This document shows positions 59,068-64,000 of a stretch of 64,000 nucleotides of DNA, piece by piece. Position 1 is the first letter of the stretch; every line of letters starts with the position of its first letter. A program made the translations under genes and the position numbers. The notes under the pieces were generated by a model. The model ran no database searches. It was not told the DNA's origin and was given only the letters and a program-made list of their open reading frames with translations. Source of the DNA: Candidatus Heimdallarchaeota archaeon (lineage in GTDB: Archaea; Asgardarchaeota; Heimdallarchaeia; Hodarchaeales; Hodarchaeaceae); the NCBI GenBank assembly GCA_019057635.1, contig DXJL01000113.1:1-64000 (forward strand), read 5' to 3'.

Positions 59068-59230
59068 AATTAAAATCCAGCTATTTAATGTATGAGGATT
59101 TCATTTCTTAAAACATTCATTCAATAATATATATTTCTTGGATCCAAAGTTCCGCAAGTTTATCAAAGGATCCAGTTTTTTTCATTTTTAATATTTGAAA
59201 AATTAAGTAATCAAAAGAGAACATCATAAA

Positions 59231-59318
59231 TGGTGCGGGGGGTGAGATTTGAACTCACGAACGCCTACACGACTAGGACCTCAACCTAGCTCCTTTGACC
59301 TGGCTGGGAAACCCCCGC
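59231..59318 (-). tRNA. tRNA-Leu(GAG), intron-less, CCA encoded
   Basis: GCGGGGG/CCCCCGC acceptor stem, CTAGG-TTGAGGT-CCTAG anticodon arm, long variable arm, GTTCAAATC T-loop, ACCA end. Confidence 0.95.
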
Positions 59319-59330
59319 GTGTTTGCTCTA

Positions 59331-59696
59331 TTACCGTACAATGATCATATACTCTTTAAAGGGGGATTTGAATTCTGGCAGAACTTTTCCTGAAAATAAA
59401 CGAAATGTTAGCCCACCAGAGGAAAAGGAATAAATCTTTTCTTTTCCAACTGGCTTTGTCCTATAGCTAGTGGCATTTAAAGCTACTTTAGCATCTTTAA
59501 ATGATAGTTTCTTTTTCTTAGCCGCGGAAATAACTTCGATCTGGAGATTCTTTACATCGTGCAAATCGGCTATTTTTGAAGGAATTTCAATTTTTCCTCT
59601 GAGACCCAACTTCTCATCTCTAAAATCTATTAGCCACAGATTATTATCTAAATCTTCCTCTAGCTGAAATACTTCCGCATTTATTATCATGTTCAT
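59331..59696 (-). CDS. rpoG: RNA polymerase subunit Rpo8 (RpoG/Rpb8)-like
   Basis: OB-fold pattern with SFSSGGLTFRL; directly downstream of the Lsm gene. Confidence 0.72.
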   Translation of the reverse strand: MNMIINAEVFQLEEDLDNNLWLIDFRDEKLGLRGKIEIPSKIADLHDVKNLQIEVISAAKKKKLSFKDAKVALNATSYRTKPVGKEKIYSFSSGGLTFRLFSGKVLPEFKSPFKEYMIIVR

Positions 59697-59698
59697 TC

Positions 59699-60142
59699 CT
59701 ACTCTTCTGAAGCTTGATCGCTTGCATATCGGTTAAAAATTGCCCGAACTCGATCTGCAACTGGTCCTGTTCCTTCAACACCCGTTTCAGAAACTTTCAC
59801 TCTTTCAAGAACTACTATTAATCCGGCTTCATCATAGACTTTCACGTCCCCAGGACGACGAAAGATTTGTTCCAGTTCATCTTTCAACCCCGAAAGATCA
59901 AATGGGGCTTCTTCTAAATAAATCTCTGCTATTTGGTCACCATTTAAGCAAATACGATGAATTTCGTTACTATCATCATCACGCTTGGCTTTTATTAGTA
60001 CACAGGTTAGAGTCTCTGGTGATAATCCCTTAAGTTCTCCAACGAATTTTTTCCCATTCTTGAGAATTACTGCTACTCTTTTATTGTTAAATGCAGTGAT
60101 TTCTTTTTGAAAAGTTCTTTTGGCTTGACCGACCATGGACAT
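59699..60142 (-). CDS. Sm/Lsm protein with C-terminal domain (SmAP3-like)
   Basis: VAVILKNGKKFVGEL, LNGDQIAEI, C-terminal VKVSETGVEGTGPVADRV. Confidence 0.9.
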   Translation of the reverse strand: MSMVGQAKRTFQKEITAFNNKRVAVILKNGKKFVGELKGLSPETLTCVLIKAKRDDDSNEIHRICLNGDQIAEIYLEEAPFDLSGLKDELEQIFRRPGDVKVYDEAGLIVVLERVKVSETGVEGTGPVADRVRAIFNRYASDQASEE

Positions 60143-60396
60143 GTAAAAGCCTCCTTACAAAACAAGCAGACATCGTTATTAGTAAATCCTTTAGATATTC
60201 ATCCAAAATTTGCTTCGTAACGGTAATCTGGCTGGTTAAATGTGCAATTATCTTGTATATATATTTTTTCTGAAGTCCTGTTGAGAATATATGGAATATA
60301 AGAATTCATTTTAAGGAAAACCAACATTTTTAATTGATAAACGCCTTTCTGAGTCTAAAAAGTAAGTATCAAGATCTTTGCCAACGAACAAGCTAC

Positions 60397-60705
60397 TTAC
60401 ATCTGTTCAACAGTTCTAGCCTCTATAAGAAGGGACCAATCAAGATTTAGTTTGATAAGTTTTTCTAATTTCAGATCTAGTTCATCTTTTTGTCCAAAAG
60501 CTAAGGCTATATCTCCCGTCTTTATATCTACAAAAGTATCCTCACTGAAAGTAAACTTATATTCAGAATTATCGTCAGATAGGATTACATAAGCATCTAC
60601 TTTCTCTTTTACCTTGCAAAAGAATTGAAATTTTGTTGTAGCAGCAATATTGGCAAGAGACAAAATAGTTATCTCCTCATAGGGTCTAATTGAAGTTCTT
60701 TTCAT
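60397..60705 (-). CDS. Small OB-fold protein, RPA14/Rpa3-like
   Basis: RPYEEITI, ILSD, GDIALAFG, LDWSL pattern of a single OB fold with C-terminal helix. Confidence 0.55.
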   Translation of the reverse strand: MKRTSIRPYEEITILSLANIAATTKFQFFCKVKEKVDAYVILSDDNSEYKFTFSEDTFVDIKTGDIALAFGQKDELDLKLEKLIKLNLDWSLLIEARTVEQM

Positions 60706-60881
60706 CGTAATCCTCTCTTGTTAGCTAATTCCAGTTTTATGATTGAAATAATTAATATTCCTCATTCCTAACAAATCAATCTTTTTGGGGTCATCCTTTC
60801 TTAATAGAAAAAACTCAGCTTCTTTAAAACTTTAGGAGATTTCTGCTTACACTGAGCCCAAAATGACTGGAGTTAATTTTA

Positions 60882-61226
60882 ATGGAATTTTGTGAATGTG
60901 GAGCCCTTCTTGTCCCTGATAAGGAGACGGATGGAACCATTGTAATGAAATGCAATTCATGTGGGAAAACGATACCTGCTGACTCTAAGTCTAATTCAAA
61001 AGCTTTCGAGATTAAACAAACCATAAGACACTCAGATTTAGAAAAAACAGTCATTATTGATGATGAAAATGAAGTGCAAACTATGCCCACAGCAACTGCA
61101 AGCTGTGAAAAATGTGGACATCATGAAGCTGTATACTGGCAGCTTCAAACTCGGAGTGCGGATGAAGCTTCCACTACATTTTATCGGTGTACGAAATGCA
61201 AATTTACATGGCGTGATTATGGCTAA
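60882..61226 (+). CDS. tfs: Transcription factor S (TFS/RpoM)
   Basis: MEFCECGALL, CNSC, CEKC, QLQTRSADE, FYRCTKC. Confidence 0.96.
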   Translation: MEFCECGALLVPDKETDGTIVMKCNSCGKTIPADSKSNSKAFEIKQTIRHSDLEKTVIIDDENEVQTMPTATASCEKCGHHEAVYWQLQTRSADEASTTFYRCTKCKFTWRDYG

Positions 61227-61241
61227 AAATAATAAATGAGG

Positions 61242-61922
61242 TCATGCTTTTTTTATGATCATAATTGCATGCTTCTTCTCAAAAGCGTCAATAGTTGAAT
61301 TTTCGAGTACTTGTAATCCAAAATCGTCTTCTAATACTTTCATCTGATTGGAAAACACCTCTTCTGGTTCAAGAGAAACATCAATACTTTGAGATTTTAT
61401 GGCTATGACACCTACTCCCCCTGGCTTCAGGTACTCTTGTGCATTTCTACCAAAAATTGTTGCTTGCTCAGGCTGGGAAACATCTTGATATATAAGATCG
61501 AGATTGAAAACATAGGAGGAATACTCTTCTGGCCTTCTAGCATCAGCAAGAATTGGAATCAGATTTGGACGTTGTTCTGCAAGGCGATAAAACTTTCTCA
61601 TGACTTTTGGAGAGAATTCGACTCCATATATGAACCCATCATCTAAAATATCAGAGAAATGAGAAGGAGTTGTGCCTGTAGAGACCCCCAAGTAAAGGAT
61701 ATTTTTTCCTTTCAGTTGTGGAAGAAGTTTCATTCCCGATAAGTAAGCTGCAGCAAATTTTGATCGAAACGGATCCCAAAGTCTATACTCCTCGTTGTCA
61801 ACCTTGATTAATCTCTCGCCGTACACAGAAGTCCCAGGAACTTTGTTTTTAGTGGCGAGACGATTTTTTTGATCAATTTTTAACTGATACATTCCCTGAA
61901 TCATTGTTTCTTTTACTTGCAT
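61242..61922 (-). CDS. flpA: Fibrillarin rRNA 2'-O-methyltransferase
   Basis: VYGE, WDPFRSK, LYLG..GTTPSH, NLIPILADAR, QDVSQ. Confidence 0.97.
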   Translation of the reverse strand: MQVKETMIQGMYQLKIDQKNRLATKNKVPGTSVYGERLIKVDNEEYRLWDPFRSKFAAAYLSGMKLLPQLKGKNILYLGVSTGTTPSHFSDILDDGFIYGVEFSPKVMRKFYRLAEQRPNLIPILADARRPEEYSSYVFNLDLIYQDVSQPEQATIFGRNAQEYLKPGGVGVIAIKSQSIDVSLEPEEVFSNQMKVLEDDFGLQVLENSTIDAFEKKHAIMIIKKA

Positions 61923-61949
61923 TTTTTCACCTTGAGATTACTATAATTA

Positions 61950-63263
61950 TCAATCTTTTTTCGTATACCGTCGTTTTTTATGTTTTGAGTCTTTTCTTGG
62001 CCCAGATTTCTTTGATCCTTTTTGATACAGTTTTCCGCGCTTTCCTCTAGGTTTATAGTCTTTTTTCTTCTGCTTTCTTGTTCTCTGCTTCTCTGAAGGC
62101 TCGGGGAAGGATTCCTTTATCTCGTCTATTCTTTTCTCAAGATCTTTTAATAACGTTGGAGCAATAAACTCGCCACTGAAAAAGTCAACTCGTGCAGCAA
62201 TACTCAATTTTCCCGCTAATGCCCTAGCAATCTTCCCTCTCTGATGCATTTTTGCAGAATGAATGAATTGAGATTGAAAGATGACACCATGTTTCGGAGG
62301 ATCTTCTCCTGATCTTAAATGCCTGAATAATGCTTTTTCTGCACCTAGGACTTGAATTGTTCCTGAAGATTTTTTTGCTAGATTCTCCAAACTCCCTACA
62401 AGGGAGATGAGACGAGCTCCAAGCAAACTTCCTACAAGTAATTGTAAGTTAGGAGCTACTTCCTTCATGCTTTCTTCAATGTATTTTTCTAAGGTTTCTT
62501 TAGTGTTAAGGATTTCCACCCCAAAGGATGCCAAATTGGATATCGGATTCATATCATATGTTGAAATTTCAGCACCAAGAGATTTTTCTGCAGCTTCGTG
62601 AATTAGTTCTTGTCTTCGTTCAGATAGTGAAACAATTTCATCGGTTGCTATTTCTGACCGAAGCTTTCCCTGCATTTTTGATACAAGTCTTATGTATTGA
62701 TTATTATCTCTCACCAATTCTTGTAATTCTGGAAAATGAATCCCATACCATTCTGATAAGCGAGCAAAAATCAAGTTTATAATTGAATTAATATCATCAA
62801 TACTATTAATTGCTTGAGCAAGATATTTATCCCTAGCTTCTACGTTCTCCCGTAAGAGAGTCTGAGTATGAACAAGAGATTTCTTGCGCATTAAAGAGAT
62901 AAGATCTGTTGGACTTGCTAGATTTAATTTTTCGACAAGATATTCATTTATATTGGTTCTAAATGTGGAAAATTCTCCTGTACTTGCAAAACGAACCTGA
63001 TCATATCCAATCTCCCGTAAATGGTCAACTACCATTGCATTATCAGAAACAATTTCTTCTGTTATGTCTGGTAAGGCCTTTCGTATTTCTTCCTCATGCT
63101 CGTGAAGAAAAACTTGGAACTCATCAGTTAAAATTGTTTCAGTGTTTGTAAACATAACGGAATCAAATATCTTTGTCGATTCAGAAGTCATCTCTCCAAA
63201 GATAACCCCTGCTGCTGATACTAGTACGCCTTTCAATTTTACACACCCGATTATATAATTCAT
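61950..63263 (-). CDS. nop5: C/D box RNP protein Nop5 (Nop56/58)
   Basis: EWYGIHFPEL, APNL, TIQVLGAEKALFRHL, PPKHG, RGKIARALA; basic tail. Confidence 0.96.
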   Translation of the reverse strand: MNYIIGCVKLKGVLVSAAGVIFGEMTSESTKIFDSVMFTNTETILTDEFQVFLHEHEEEIRKALPDITEEIVSDNAMVVDHLREIGYDQVRFASTGEFSTFRTNINEYLVEKLNLASPTDLISLMRKKSLVHTQTLLRENVEARDKYLAQAINSIDDINSIINLIFARLSEWYGIHFPELQELVRDNNQYIRLVSKMQGKLRSEIATDEIVSLSERRQELIHEAAEKSLGAEISTYDMNPISNLASFGVEILNTKETLEKYIEESMKEVAPNLQLLVGSLLGARLISLVGSLENLAKKSSGTIQVLGAEKALFRHLRSGEDPPKHGVIFQSQFIHSAKMHQRGKIARALAGKLSIAARVDFFSGEFIAPTLLKDLEKRIDEIKESFPEPSEKQRTRKQKKKDYKPRGKRGKLYQKGSKKSGPRKDSKHKKRRYTKKD

Positions 63264-63438
63264 GCAAACCTATTCCCAGATATAATTCTTTCTTTCAAAA
63301 TCATTAGTTGCTATAAATCAATCTGAGGAGGAAGAACGATCTCTACTCTGTTCTAATGTAAACTTTGGTTAGAAGATACTTTTTTTATAATGGGTAAAAC
63401 CTATATTGAAATGCTTAAAGCGAAAACTGGAATAGAAA

Positions 63439-63624
63439 ATGATGCGACAAAAACCCATAAGTATCAAAATTCCTGATCAAATACTCATTCTCATCGATAA
63501 CTTCGTACGCCTTGGCCAATATGAATCAAGATCCCATTTTTTGCGTATGGCTATTGAGGAGTTGCTTAAACAGGAAAGGGAAACTTGGGATAAATTAGTG
63601 GATCAGATTTCACAGAAAGAATAA
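63439..63624 (+). CDS. Ribbon-helix-helix (CopG/Arc) transcriptional regulator
   Basis: ISIKIP..IDNFV..GQYESRSHFLRMAIEELL. Confidence 0.88.
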   Translation: MMRQKPISIKIPDQILILIDNFVRLGQYESRSHFLRMAIEELLKQERETWDKLVDQISQKE

Positions 63625-63636
63625 CTTGGATGAATT

Positions 63637-64000
63637 ATGTATTCATTTTCTCAGGAGGAAAAGCAGCAACTTCTTTTTGCATGTATTATTTTTGTAATAG
63701 TCGAACTCTCAATACTTATAAATTTTTTAAACCTTCTAGAGCTATTAATCACTGGCGTTTTAATTCTCCCACTATTCGCATTACACGAATTAGCCCATAA
63801 ATATACAGCTGTGAGATATGGATTTCCTGCAAAATTTCATTTAGATCAAAGTATGGCTGTACTTTCACTAATGACGGTATTATTTCCTTTTAAAATAATC
63901 GCGCCTGGTGCAATTATTTGGTATGGTAATCCTTCTAGCAGAATTAGAGCCAATGTCTCAATAATGGGACCTTTAGTCAATATCTTTTTAGGAGGATTTT
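63637..64000 (+). CDS. M50-like membrane zinc metalloprotease (partial, runs off window)
   Basis: Read by hand: MYSFSQEEKQQL..LHELAHK..APGA..GPLVN. Confidence 0.85.
   Translation, partial: MYSFSQEEKQQLLFACIIFVIVELSILINFLNLLELLITGVLILPLFALHELAHKYTAVRYGFPAKFHLDQSMAVLSLMTVLFPFKIIAPGAIIWYGNPSSRIRANVSIMGPLVNIFLGGF

Noticed and set aside
1359-63151. Numerous 60-130 aa antisense or alternate-frame ORFs in the track (e.g. 4560-4958, 38317-38658, 52902-53189, 59740-60033)
   Set aside because: They lie within well-supported genes and carry no recognisable motifs; treated as shadow ORFs

Overview
AT-rich, gene-dense archaeal chromosomal segment. The gene content points strongly to an Asgard archaeon, most likely Heimdallarchaeia-like; this is inferred, not tested. 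Archaeal housekeeping genes include ThrRS, GlyRS, aIF2 alpha/beta, GINS, PolB1-type polymerase, the rpoE'-spt4-S24e-S27ae-kae1-bud32 operon, fibrillarin/Nop5, Rpo8, TFS and a membrane pyrophosphatase. These are mixed with many eukaryotic-signature genes: two Arf-like GTPases, an MglA/roadblock module, Get3, TRAP-beta-like and RPA32/RPA14-like proteins. The main highlight is a ~9 kb locus (9.1-18.1 kb) encoding a complete ubiquitin-like conjugation cascade (JAB protease, E2, UBA3-like E1, GG-ending modifier with UFM1-like features). It lies with a UEV protein, a winged-helix/RING protein resembling the UFL1 N-terminus, a CCDC47 (PAT complex)-like membrane protein, an SPFH protein and an ESCRT-II-like subunit, and is a candidate membrane/translocon quality-control system. 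Features missing from the ORF track that I read directly are a tRNA-Thr(GGU) with three introns, tRNA-Leu(GAG), nop10, rps27ae, a small membrane ORF, and a non-autonomous IS607-like remnant retaining a TnpB omega-RNA-like scaffold. A seemingly domesticated LAGLIDADG protein and a polyproline protein with a WASP-like tail also stand out. All homology calls are by-eye motif recognition; no searches were run.
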